DNA of 64,000 bases, from assembly GCA_024695415.1 (NCBI GenBank), contig JAILIE010000142.1, forward strand, positions 4,847 through 68,846. Direction: 5' to 3'. Every line of letters begins with the position of its first letter. Within the stretch, counting starts at the first letter, position 1. This DNA comes from Clostridiales bacterium. GTDB lineage: Bacteria > Bacillota > Clostridia > Christensenellales > Aristaeellaceae. The position numbers were made by a program, and so were the translations under genes. Shown here piece by piece: positions 26,944 to 35,666 of the stretch. The notes under the pieces are model-generated. The model had not been told where the DNA came from. It saw nothing but the letters and a program-made list of their open reading frames with translations, and searched no databases.

Positions 26944-28983
26944 ATGAAAAAGTTCCTGTCTCTGGTTCTGGCGCTGGCACTGCTGCTGACGCTGGCTGGC
27001 AGCGCGCTGGCGGCTGATTATGCCGAAGGCACCACGCTGCGGATGGCGGTTGGTTACAACTCCGCCAAAACCGGCATTGTCTTTGACGCGGAAGTCGCGG
27101 GCGAAGGCGTGACCCTGGCGGACGGCGTGACCTACACAGCCGGAAGCCTGAAGCCCACCTGGGTTGCTTTGGAAGAGATCCTCGGCGTGAAGTTCGAGAG
27201 TAAGTACCAGGGCAACTCCGCGAAGGATGAGTTCGCGTACTGGAAAGACCAGCTGGCCGAGGTCGACATGGTGAGCGGCACCGCTTCCCTGCTGAGCGAG
27301 AACGGTCCTGACCTGCTGATCAACCTGGCTGAGTACCTGGACGTGATGCCCAACTTCAAGGCCTACCTGGAAGCAAATCCGATTGTCCGGCTGTCCATTA
27401 CGGGCGACACCGAAACCGGCGCGATCTACTTCAGCCCCTACTTTGACGGTGTCAACGACATCGAACGGATGCCCCTGATGCGTGTCGACTGGGTGACCAA
27501 GCTGCTGGACGGCGAAGGCGCGTTTGCCGCGGACGCGAGCAACGAGACCGCTGAACCCGTGTATCAGCCCTACATGCCCACCGAAGGCAAGGTCGTAATC
27601 GACGTAGTGACCCTGGATGGCACCGCTGTTGAGACCATTGCCAAGGACTATGACGCCGCCGGCAACATCGTCGCGAAGATGAACGCCGCCGGAAAGATGA
27701 GCGGTGTGGAAGCCGTGAACATGCTGCGGACCTACATCGACGAAGCCTATAACGGATACTACGGCACCGAGCGCTCCAACCTGTTTATCGGCCAGAATGC
27801 CGCGTGGGACGCGGATGAACTGGTTGCCCTGCTGCGCTGCGTCGTGGCCAACCCCCAGACCCTGAACGGCACGGAACAGGTTGAAGGCCTGTTCAGCCGG
27901 GAAGACAACAACAACCAGCGCCGGATCGACCTGTTCCGGTTCGCCGGCCACCTGTTCGGTATCCGCGGCCTCGAATCCCGTCAGGATTACCTGTACGTCG
28001 GCACGGACGGAAACCTGCATGACGCCCGCCAGGAAGCTGTCGCTTATGAAGCGATGGGCTACATGAACGCCATGGCGCAGGAAGGCCTGATTGCCGCTTC
28101 CTTCATCAATGGTGAAGAGCTGAGTTCCAGCAAGTACCTGGAGAACGACGCCGGTTTCATGAGCTATGACTACAACCAGACCCAGACCGCCCTGAACGCC
28201 ACCAAGCTTCAGAACGAAGAGGGCGAGAAGTACATGGCTGTGATGGTTCCCGTTGCCAAGTGGTATGACGGCACCGAAGGCGGCGTATTCATGCGGTTTA
28301 CCGAGAGCTGGCGCTCCGTAAAGACCGACGGCTGGGCTATCTCCAAGGCCGGTGTCGCGGGAAACGATGACAAGCTGAATGCCGCCCTGGCCCTGATCGA
28401 CTATGCCTACTCCGAAGAAGGCCAGATCCTGATGAGCTACGGTCCGAAGGCTTTCATCAAGGAAGGCGAAACCTTCCTGTTCAACGGCAAGGAAATGCCC
28501 GTGATCGCGGACGCGACCTATGAAGAACTGTGGAAGCTGACCGGCGGCAACTACACCAACTACGCGCGGCAGTACCTGGGCTCCACCCTGAGCTTCGCGA
28601 AGAGCCAGGCCTTCGAGTACCAGTGCACGCACGAGATCGGCAAGGAAGGCGCGGGCAGGATCTCCACGGCTATTGGCCTGGGCACGATCAAGCATCCTGA
28701 GCTGGCACTGACCGAGAATCCCTGGTACACCTCCGTTCCCACCGTGCTGCCTACCACCGCTGACGAGAAGAAAGAACTGAGCACCTACAAGGATCTGAGT
28801 GACGCCTTCTCCTCCACCAAGGGCGGCGATAACGGCTTCGTGAACGCGATCGTGAACGGCATCGGCGACGGTGCGGAAACGCTGGCTGAAAAGGTTGAGA
28901 TCGATATGTCCGGCGACCTGTACCTGGAAGTCAAGAACGCCGAATGGGTCCGCATCCAGGATTACTACAAATCCCTGCAGTAA
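26944..28983 (+). CDS. Large extracellular solute-binding protein (oligogalacturonide candidate)
   Basis: Signal peptide ending ALA-A with no lipobox Cys. LxEYLDxMPN, GAIYxxP, RxDW and GWAISK motifs typical of cluster B/D SBPs. Strong codon bias. Confidence 0.85.
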   Translation: MKKFLSLVLALALLLTLAGSALAADYAEGTTLRMAVGYNSAKTGIVFDAEVAGEGVTLADGVTYTAGSLKPTWVALEEILGVKFESKYQGNSAKDEFAYWKDQLAEVDMVSGTASLLSENGPDLLINLAEYLDVMPNFKAYLEANPIVRLSITGDTETGAIYFSPYFDGVNDIERMPLMRVDWVTKLLDGEGAFAADASNETAEPVYQPYMPTEGKVVIDVVTLDGTAVETIAKDYDAAGNIVAKMNAAGKMSGVEAVNMLRTYIDEAYNGYYGTERSNLFIGQNAAWDADELVALLRCVVANPQTLNGTEQVEGLFSREDNNNQRRIDLFRFAGHLFGIRGLESRQDYLYVGTDGNLHDARQEAVAYEAMGYMNAMAQEGLIAASFINGEELSSSKYLENDAGFMSYDYNQTQTALNATKLQNEEGEKYMAVMVPVAKWYDGTEGGVFMRFTESWRSVKTDGWAISKAGVAGNDDKLNAALALIDYAYSEEGQILMSYGPKAFIKEGETFLFNGKEMPVIADATYEELWKLTGGNYTNYARQYLGSTLSFAKSQAFEYQCTHEIGKEGAGRISTAIGLGTIKHPELALTENPWYTSVPTVLPTTADEKKELSTYKDLSDAFSSTKGGDNGFVNAIVNGIGDGAETLAEKVEIDMSGDLYLEVKNAEWVRIQDYYKSLQ

Positions 28984-29020
28984 TCCCGCGCAAAGCGAAT
29001 ACTGAACGGTAAGCAACGAT

Positions 29021-29054
29021 TCCCTCTGCCCGGCCGAAAGGCCGGGCAGAGGGA
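29021..29054 (+). promoter_or_regulatory. Perfect 15-bp stem-loop after the SBP gene (mRNA stabiliser or partial terminator)
   Basis: TCCCTCTGCCCGGCC-GAAA-GGCCGGGCAGAGGGA, no U-tract. Confidence 0.75.
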
Positions 29055-29084
29055 GATGCCTGACGAGGAAGGGACGATAAAATC

Positions 29085-29681
29085 ATGTACAAGAAGCAAA
29101 TGGCTCTGCAGAGAGCCCTGTGCATCCTGGTGGTGGCCGCGAGCGCACTGGTGTTTGTATACGCGCTGGGCTACATGACCGATGTATACGACATGATTTA
29201 TTCGCTGCGCGAAAGCTACAAGACGGATGAGATCAAGGCATTCCTGGAGGATATGGACCAGTTCAATGGAACGCTGGTGCGTGTCGGGATTGGCCTGATC
29301 CTTTGTTCACTGACCCTTCTCCTGACAAACACCCACACCCGCCGGAAATATTACATCGGCAATTACGCAGCCACCGGGCTGAATGTTTGCGCCGCGACGG
29401 CTGTTTCCGTCTGGGCGCACAGCAATATTTCCGCGTTCAAGGCGCGGTATTTTTCCGGGATCATCGACTTTGAAGTGGTGAAAAACTGGGCGGACCGGAC
29501 CGCCCGCAACGGCGGAATCAGCGTATATACTGATTCCACTTTCTGGTTTGATGTACACTGGTTTGTTTTCGGCCTGCTGCTCGCGGCGGCAGTGCTTCTG
29601 ATTTTGAACACAATATGGAAGATACTGCTCATGAGGGATGAGAGCAGGGCGCTTGCGACAGGAAAGGCGGTGTCCGCATGA
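29085..29681 (+). CDS. Uncharacterised 4-TM membrane protein
   Basis: Four hydrophobic segments. Overlaps the next gene (ATGA). Confidence 0.8.
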   Translation: MYKKQMALQRALCILVVAASALVFVYALGYMTDVYDMIYSLRESYKTDEIKAFLEDMDQFNGTLVRVGIGLILCSLTLLLTNTHTRRKYYIGNYAATGLNVCAATAVSVWAHSNISAFKARYFSGIIDFEVVKNWADRTARNGGISVYTDSTFWFDVHWFVFGLLLAAAVLLILNTIWKILLMRDESRALATGKAVSA

Positions 29682-30214
29682 ACGAGGAGCTGACGATCAG
29701 GCAGGACCGGATGAGATTCACCAAGAACACCGCGTCCTCGAGGCTTGCCTTGCTTGCCATCGTGTTCAATGTATTCTTCTTTATCAGCATATATAAGGTC
29801 AACCAGCAGGCGTACTACACCTGGTGGATGGGCGTATCCATCATCTACAACCTGGTATTTATGCTGGCCGCTTTCCTGGCCAGCGAAGGCGCGAAGAATT
29901 ACAAGCAGAGCTTTTCCACGCTGATGATCGTCCTGGGCATTGGCCAGATCGCCCGGATCTTCCTGCTGCCGACGGCGATGCACAGCCGCCTGGTGAACGA
30001 GGCGGTGCCGGTTCTGGAGGAGGAAATCCACTTTCTTGGATACCACATTCCCGTAACAGTGGATAACGTGGTGATGTCCAGCGCACAGTATATCCGGGTG
30101 ATTCTGTACCTGGGACTGTCGGCTGTGTGCCTGATTGCCGGCGCGGTGATCAACCGGCGCAAGAGCAAGGCGCTGGCGGCGCACATCGCCAATCTCAGCC
30201 TGCACCAGGCGTAA
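29678..30214 (+). CDS. Uncharacterised 4-TM membrane protein
   Basis: Four hydrophobic segments. Translationally coupled to the upstream gene. Confidence 0.8.
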   Translation: MNEELTIRQDRMRFTKNTASSRLALLAIVFNVFFFISIYKVNQQAYYTWWMGVSIIYNLVFMLAAFLASEGAKNYKQSFSTLMIVLGIGQIARIFLLPTAMHSRLVNEAVPVLEEEIHFLGYHIPVTVDNVVMSSAQYIRVILYLGLSAVCLIAGAVINRRKSKALAAHIANLSLHQA

Positions 30215-30226
30215 GGAGGAAACGGA

Positions 30227-31303
30227 ATGGCGGAGCTTTCCCTGCAGCATCTGGATAAAATATACGACAATAACGTGCAGGCCGTATACGATTTCAACAT
30301 GGATGTAAAAGACGGTGAGCTGATCGTCCTGGTCGGCCCCAGCGGATGCGGCAAGAGCACGACGCTGCGGATGGTGGCCGGGCTGGAGGATATCTCCCGC
30401 GGACATCTTTTCCTGAACGGGCGGGATATTACCCAGACACCGGCGAAGGACCGGGATATGGCGATGGTTTTCCAGAACTACGCGCTGTATGCCCATATGA
30501 CGATTTATGAAAACATGGCGTTCAGCCTGACCCTGCGGAAGGAAGACAAGAACGTTATCCATAAAAAAGTGATGGCGGCGGCTGAAATCCTGGACCTAAC
30601 GGCCCAGCTGAACAAGAAGCCCGCGCAGCTTTCCGGCGGCCAGCGGCAGCGCGTGGCCATGGGACGGTCGATCGTGCGGAACCCCAGCGTATTCCTTTTT
30701 GACGAGCCGCTGAGCAACCTGGACGCGAAGCTGCGCGGGGCGACACGGCGCGAAATCCTTCTGCTGCATAAGCGGCTGGGCGCGACCATGCTGTATGTGA
30801 CGCACGACCAGACCGAGGCGCTGACGCTGGCGGACCGGATCGTATGCATGAGCATGGGCCATGTGCAGCAAATCGGTACCCCGATGGAACTGTACGATAA
30901 GCCGGCAAATACATTTGTGGCCGGTTTCATCGGCCTCCCTCCGATGAATTTTTACCATGTACGCTGTGCGGACGGCATGCTGAAAGGTGAAGGATATGAG
31001 GTCCCGCTGACAGAAGAAGAGAAGGCCCTGCTGGCGGCGTACCGGAACCGGGAGATCATCCTGGGTGTCCGCCCGGAGGATATGACCGAGGGCGGGACGA
31101 TCCCGGTCGCGGTAACGAACAACGAAAACCTGGGAATGAATACGCTGGTGCATGGATATATCGCGGGTATTCACGGGATGGGTATCGTGGCCAAAATTCG
31201 GGGCTGGAAGGATTACCATGCCGGGGACGGCGTGAAGGTCGCGTTTGCGCGGAAACACTTCTTCGACCCGGAAACCACCGACGCAATCCGAGGGGAGGAG
31301 TGA
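30227..31303 (+). CDS. Sugar ABC transporter ATP-binding protein (MsmX/UgpC-like), copy 1
   Basis: GPSGCGKS, FQNYALY, LSGGQRQR, DEPLSNLD, VTHDQ. Confidence 0.95.
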   Translation: MAELSLQHLDKIYDNNVQAVYDFNMDVKDGELIVLVGPSGCGKSTTLRMVAGLEDISRGHLFLNGRDITQTPAKDRDMAMVFQNYALYAHMTIYENMAFSLTLRKEDKNVIHKKVMAAAEILDLTAQLNKKPAQLSGGQRQRVAMGRSIVRNPSVFLFDEPLSNLDAKLRGATRREILLLHKRLGATMLYVTHDQTEALTLADRIVCMSMGHVQQIGTPMELYDKPANTFVAGFIGLPPMNFYHVRCADGMLKGEGYEVPLTEEEKALLAAYRNREIILGVRPEDMTEGGTIPVAVTNNENLGMNTLVHGYIAGIHGMGIVAKIRGWKDYHAGDGVKVAFARKHFFDPETTDAIRGEE

Positions 31304-31836
31304 AGGAAATGCCGGAGATTATCCGTAAATTCTTCGTGGCGCTCAAGCGCAAACCGCAGACGATTGCACTGGTGTCTGTAGCGGCGGCGTTCATCTGGTA
31401 TTCCTTCAACCTGACGGTAATATCCTTCACTACAACCCGGCTGCAGGGGAACAATATGGGCCTGACCGCCTTCGCGATCATGCTGCTCTCCACGCTGGCC
31501 ATCGTATGCTGCATGAACGCCTTTCCTTACCGTAAAAAGGTGAACAAGCCAATGCTGGCGCTGCTGTTTCTGATGCTGGGTATCATCCTGTTCTGCGATT
31601 TCCACTATATGAACTGCATCGCGAACAAGATTGCCGGCGGAACCATCAACACGGAAAACCTGCCTGAGGTGCTTCAGGCGAACAGGATTATGGTGGTTCA
31701 TGTCATCCTGGTGTGCGTAAGCGTGGCCCTGGTGGCGCTGCTGCCGGTTTACCGGAAGCTGATCCGGAAGATCAGGACCTCCGTTGAGGTGGAAGGCAAC
31801 GCTGAAATGGAAGCCATCGACATCAGCGGCGAGTGA
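31300..31836 (+). CDS. Uncharacterised 4-TM membrane protein
   Basis: GGAGGAG RBS, GTGA overlap with the ATPase stop (ATG 31309 is an alternative start). Four hydrophobic segments. Confidence 0.8.
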   Translation: MKEMPEIIRKFFVALKRKPQTIALVSVAAAFIWYSFNLTVISFTTTRLQGNNMGLTAFAIMLLSTLAIVCCMNAFPYRKKVNKPMLALLFLMLGIILFCDFHYMNCIANKIAGGTINTENLPEVLQANRIMVVHVILVCVSVALVALLPVYRKLIRKIRTSVEVEGNAEMEAIDISGE

Positions 31837-31843
31837 GTGCGGC

Positions 31844-32467
31844 ATGGCAAAGAAGAAACAGCCGCGGGACGCGGACAAGGCCGCCGCGGAGTATTATGAG
31901 CTGAAAACGGACGCGGTAGACAGCCTGATTAACGCGAACGTGACGAATGCCCCGGAAGTATCCGAAAAGGAACTGAAAAAATACCGGCGAAAAAGCATCC
32001 TGAATCTGCCCGAAGGACTGAAATACTTTCTGGTTAAGGCGTGGTTCGCGGGGGTCATCTGCTGGTTTTTTGTGATCGGACTGGGCAGCCTCGGGCTGTC
32101 CGCGCTGGATATGATCGCGATCCTCGGTATCGTGACCGGCCTGGTCTGGGACCTGCCGGTAAATATCTTTATCCGCATGAAAGCGGAAGAAAAGGAATAC
32201 GGCCGCTGGATGATGTTCCCGAAGACGGGAGTCGCGGCAGGCGCGATGAACGCGCTGTACGGAATTGTACTGATTTTCCTGGTCGTGGAGACCTACGCGC
32301 TCGGCAACCGGATTCTTTTCCATACCGGAAGCGAAACGGCACTGTCGGTGGAGCCGATTCTGTACGGATTGTTTACCGCCGGGTGGGACTGGGTCCTGCT
32401 GAGGTTCAGGAAACTGGGGAACAGCATCCTGGCTGATGCGAAGAAAAGCGCGGCCGGACAAAAATGA
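31844..32467 (+). CDS. Uncharacterised membrane protein (charged N-terminus + about 4 TM)
   Basis: MAKKKQPRD...YYELKTDAVDSL then hydrophobic segments. Fills the operon gap. Confidence 0.75.
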   Translation: MAKKKQPRDADKAAAEYYELKTDAVDSLINANVTNAPEVSEKELKKYRRKSILNLPEGLKYFLVKAWFAGVICWFFVIGLGSLGLSALDMIAILGIVTGLVWDLPVNIFIRMKAEEKEYGRWMMFPKTGVAAGAMNALYGIVLIFLVVETYALGNRILFHTGSETALSVEPILYGLFTAGWDWVLLRFRKLGNSILADAKKSAAGQK

Positions 32468-32474
32468 GGACAGC

Positions 32475-33602
32475 ATGCACGAGAAGATTGAACGGTACAT
32501 CCTGGAGCTGATCCGGCGCAGCACGCCGCGACAGACCGCCTGGAACATGGAAAAGATCCGGGCGGGTGAGCCCGTGAAATGGAACTACATCGACGGGTGC
32601 ATGCTGGGTGCGCTGGTGAAGATGACCGAGATCACCGGAGACGACCGTTACTTCGCCTTTACCCGGGAAGTGGCCGACTGCTTCGTGCAGGAGGACGGCA
32701 GCATCCTGACGTTTGAAACGGACAAGCACGCGCTGGACGACTACAACGAGGGACGCATCCTTTTCCCCGTATACGCCGCGACCGGAGATGAAAAATACCG
32801 GAAGGCCGCGGATATGCTGTACCGCAGCCTGAAGGAGCAACCGCGGACGGCGGAAGGGAACTTCTGGCACAAGCTGATCTATCCGAACCAGGTGTGGCTG
32901 GATGGGACCTATATGGCGCTGCCGTTCCTGGCTATGTATGAAAAAACCTTTGGAAAAGGGGATTGCGCCGACATCATCCGGCAGCTGCGCGTGGTGCGCG
33001 ACCGGATGCGGGATCCGGAAACGGGGCTGTACTACCACGGATATGACGCAAGCCGGAAGGCGTTCTGGGCGGATCCGGAAACGGGACTGAGCCGGAACTT
33101 CTGGCTGCGGGCGATCGGATGGTTCTCCCTGGCACTGGCGGACCTGGCGGAGATCCTGCCGGAAGACGCGCCGGACCGGGAGGAAATCGCCGAAATGTTC
33201 CGGGATCTGATGGAGAGCGTTGTGAAGTACGCGGATCCGGAGACCGGTATGTACTGGCAGGTTATGGACCAGGCAGGGCGGGAAGGTAATTATCCCGAAA
33301 CCAGCGGCAGCTCCATGATCGCCTGCGCGATGCTGAAGGGGGCCCGGCTGGGCGTGCTGGACGGCACGTTCCGGGACCGGGGACGGAAAACGTTCGAAGG
33401 CATCCTGCGCGGACACCTGAAGGCGGACGGCGATCTGCTGGAACTGAACAACATCTGCCTGGTGGCCGGTCTCGGGCCGGAGAATAACCGCCGCCGGGAC
33501 GGGAGCTACGAATACTACATTTCCGAACCGGTGGTCAGCAACGACGCCAAGGGCGCGGCGCCTTTTGTGCTGTGCTATACGGAGATCCGGCAGGCGGAAT
33601 AA
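32475..33602 (+). CDS. GH105 unsaturated rhamnogalacturonyl/galacturonyl hydrolase (YteR/YesR-like)
   Basis: WNYIDG, NFWHK, QVWLDGTYM, GLYYHG, FWLRAIGW, ETSGS, RDGSYEYY. Confidence 0.92.
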   Translation: MHEKIERYILELIRRSTPRQTAWNMEKIRAGEPVKWNYIDGCMLGALVKMTEITGDDRYFAFTREVADCFVQEDGSILTFETDKHALDDYNEGRILFPVYAATGDEKYRKAADMLYRSLKEQPRTAEGNFWHKLIYPNQVWLDGTYMALPFLAMYEKTFGKGDCADIIRQLRVVRDRMRDPETGLYYHGYDASRKAFWADPETGLSRNFWLRAIGWFSLALADLAEILPEDAPDREEIAEMFRDLMESVVKYADPETGMYWQVMDQAGREGNYPETSGSSMIACAMLKGARLGVLDGTFRDRGRKTFEGILRGHLKADGDLLELNNICLVAGLGPENNRRRDGSYEYYISEPVVSNDAKGAAPFVLCYTEIRQAE

Positions 33603-33641
33603 GCCGGGAAAGCAATCGAACCTGCGAGGAGGCAGCAGCCG

Positions 33642-34718
33642 ATGTATATCACGCTGAAGGACATCAACAAGATTTATCCCAACGGATTCCACGCGGTGCA
33701 CAACTTCAACCTGGAAATCGAGAAGGGTGAGTTTGTGGTTTTCGTCGGTCCCTCCGGCTGCGGGAAATCCACGACACTGCGGATGATCGCCGGGCTGGAG
33801 AACATCTCCAGCGGCGAGTTCCTGATCAACGGTGAGCGAGCGAACGAAAAAGGCCCCCGGGAACGGGAAGTGGCGATGGTTTTCCAGAGCTATGCCCTGT
33901 ATCCCCAGATGACCGTGTTTGACAACATTGCTTTCGGCCTGACCCTGCAGGGCGTGGACGAGGACGCGATCGAGGAACGCGTGAAGAAGACCGCGCAGAT
34001 CCTGGGCCTGACGGATTACCTGGACCGGCTGCCGCGGGCGCTCTCCGGCGGCCAGCGCCAGCGCGTTGCGATCGGCCGGGCGATTATCCGGAAAGTCGGC
34101 ATCTTCCTGATGGACGAACCGCTGAGCAACCTGGACGCGAAACAGCGGGTGACCATGCGCAGCGAAATCGCCCAGATTCACCAGGAAACCGGCGCGACCA
34201 CGATTTATGTGACCCACGACCAGACGGAAGCTATGACCCTGGCGGACCGGATCGTGGTGATGAAGGACGGGTACATCCAGCAGACCGGTACGCCGCGGGA
34301 GCTGTACTTCCACCCCGTGAACGTGTTTGTTGCCGGATTCATCGGCGAACCGCCGATGAACTTCGTACGCCAGACGGTGGCAAACGGCCGGATCCGCTTC
34401 GGCAGCCAGGAGATCGACCTCGGGAAGCGGCTGAAGAACATCGCCGACTGGGAAGGAAAAGAAATCGTATTCGGCTTCCGTCCGGAAGCTGTTCAGCTGG
34501 CAGGGGCAGCGGAAGGCTATACACTGACCGGCAATGTCGAACTGACCGAGATGCTGGGCGACAACACGAACGTGTATATCAAGGCCGGAGAGCAGAACGT
34601 AATCCTGAAGGTGGACAGCCACGACACGCCGGAAACCGACGTGAACCTTACGTTCCATGTTCCCTTCGAGAGCGTATATCTTTTTGACGGAGAAACGGAA
34701 AAGGTTATCGAAAACTGA
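33642..34718 (+). CDS. Sugar ABC transporter ATP-binding protein, copy 2
   Basis: GPSGCGKS, FQSYALYP, LSGGQRQR, DEPLSNLD, VTHDQ. Confidence 0.95.
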   Translation: MYITLKDINKIYPNGFHAVHNFNLEIEKGEFVVFVGPSGCGKSTTLRMIAGLENISSGEFLINGERANEKGPREREVAMVFQSYALYPQMTVFDNIAFGLTLQGVDEDAIEERVKKTAQILGLTDYLDRLPRALSGGQRQRVAIGRAIIRKVGIFLMDEPLSNLDAKQRVTMRSEIAQIHQETGATTIYVTHDQTEAMTLADRIVVMKDGYIQQTGTPRELYFHPVNVFVAGFIGEPPMNFVRQTVANGRIRFGSQEIDLGKRLKNIADWEGKEIVFGFRPEAVQLAGAAEGYTLTGNVELTEMLGDNTNVYIKAGEQNVILKVDSHDTPETDVNLTFHVPFESVYLFDGETEKVIEN

Positions 34719-35516
34719 TTACGGGTCCAGGCGGACCTTCATACGGTCACTGTCCTGTTCCGGAACGGCGGCGCCGAGCCGGGACTCGAGATAATATCTC
34801 GGGGCGGTACCGTATTTTTTCTTGAACATCTTGGAGAAGTACAACGGATCATGGAAGCCGCAGAGCGGCGCGATATCGGCAATGGTCCGGGCGCCGGCGT
34901 TCGCGTCGCTGACCAGGAGTTCCGCGGCCATTTTCAGCCGCTTGTCCATCAGGTAACGGTGGGGTGTGACGCCGAGCTCCTTCTGGAACAGTTTGCGCAG
35001 ATAGTCATAGCTGAAGGGCAGGGAATGGAGGTAGGCGTCCAGTTCATAAGTGCTGTCGGCGTAATTGGAGATGATATTGTTCTCGATCTGCGCGACGACA
35101 GGGGTCAGGGAACTGCCGGTCTGGTAGGCGGCAAGGTAGCAGCTGATCAGGTCCCCGTAGACGGAAATGAGCGGCGTGGTTTCCTTCCGGTTGGAATAAA
35201 AGTGGAAGAAGACCGCGTTGAACGCGTCCAGCAGGAAGTGGTTGGAGTCGTCGGATATGACGAGCGGCGCGGTAAAGGAAAGCGCCGGGGAAACCATGTT
35301 GATATGGATATTCTGGAACCCGTCCGCGCTGGCGTTGGAGTGGGGAGTCATCGGCGGGATAATGACGACGTCCCCTTCCCGGTAATCCAGGCTCCGGTCA
35401 TCGAACAGGAAAGTGCCGGATCCTTGTGTACAGTAAACAAATTCCCAGCTTTCATGCGCGTGGCGGGAGACGGTATAGATGACGGTGTGCTTGCCGACAT
35501 AGGTAATATCGTTCAC
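34719..35516 (-). CDS. AraC-family regulator with cupin sensing domain
   Basis: HAHESWEFVY cupin motif; YLRKLFQKELGVTP and CGFHDPLYFSKMFKK HTH. GTG start with GGAGG RBS. Confidence 0.92.
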   Translation of the reverse strand: MNDITYVGKHTVIYTVSRHAHESWEFVYCTQGSGTFLFDDRSLDYREGDVVIIPPMTPHSNASADGFQNIHINMVSPALSFTAPLVISDDSNHFLLDAFNAVFFHFYSNRKETTPLISVYGDLISCYLAAYQTGSSLTPVVAQIENNIISNYADSTYELDAYLHSLPFSYDYLRKLFQKELGVTPHRYLMDKRLKMAAELLVSDANAGARTIADIAPLCGFHDPLYFSKMFKKKYGTAPRYYLESRLGAAVPEQDSDRMKVRLDP

Positions 35517-35666
35517 GCGGGTCCCTCCAATCCGGACATGGTCAAAACGGCTCTCTCTTTACCGGCATTGTAACACGGGCTCCGGGGAAAAGACAAGGGA
35601 CATTGACGGAAAGAACCGGGATTTGGTAAAATACATCAAGACGCATACAACCGGCGGGAATGAAAG

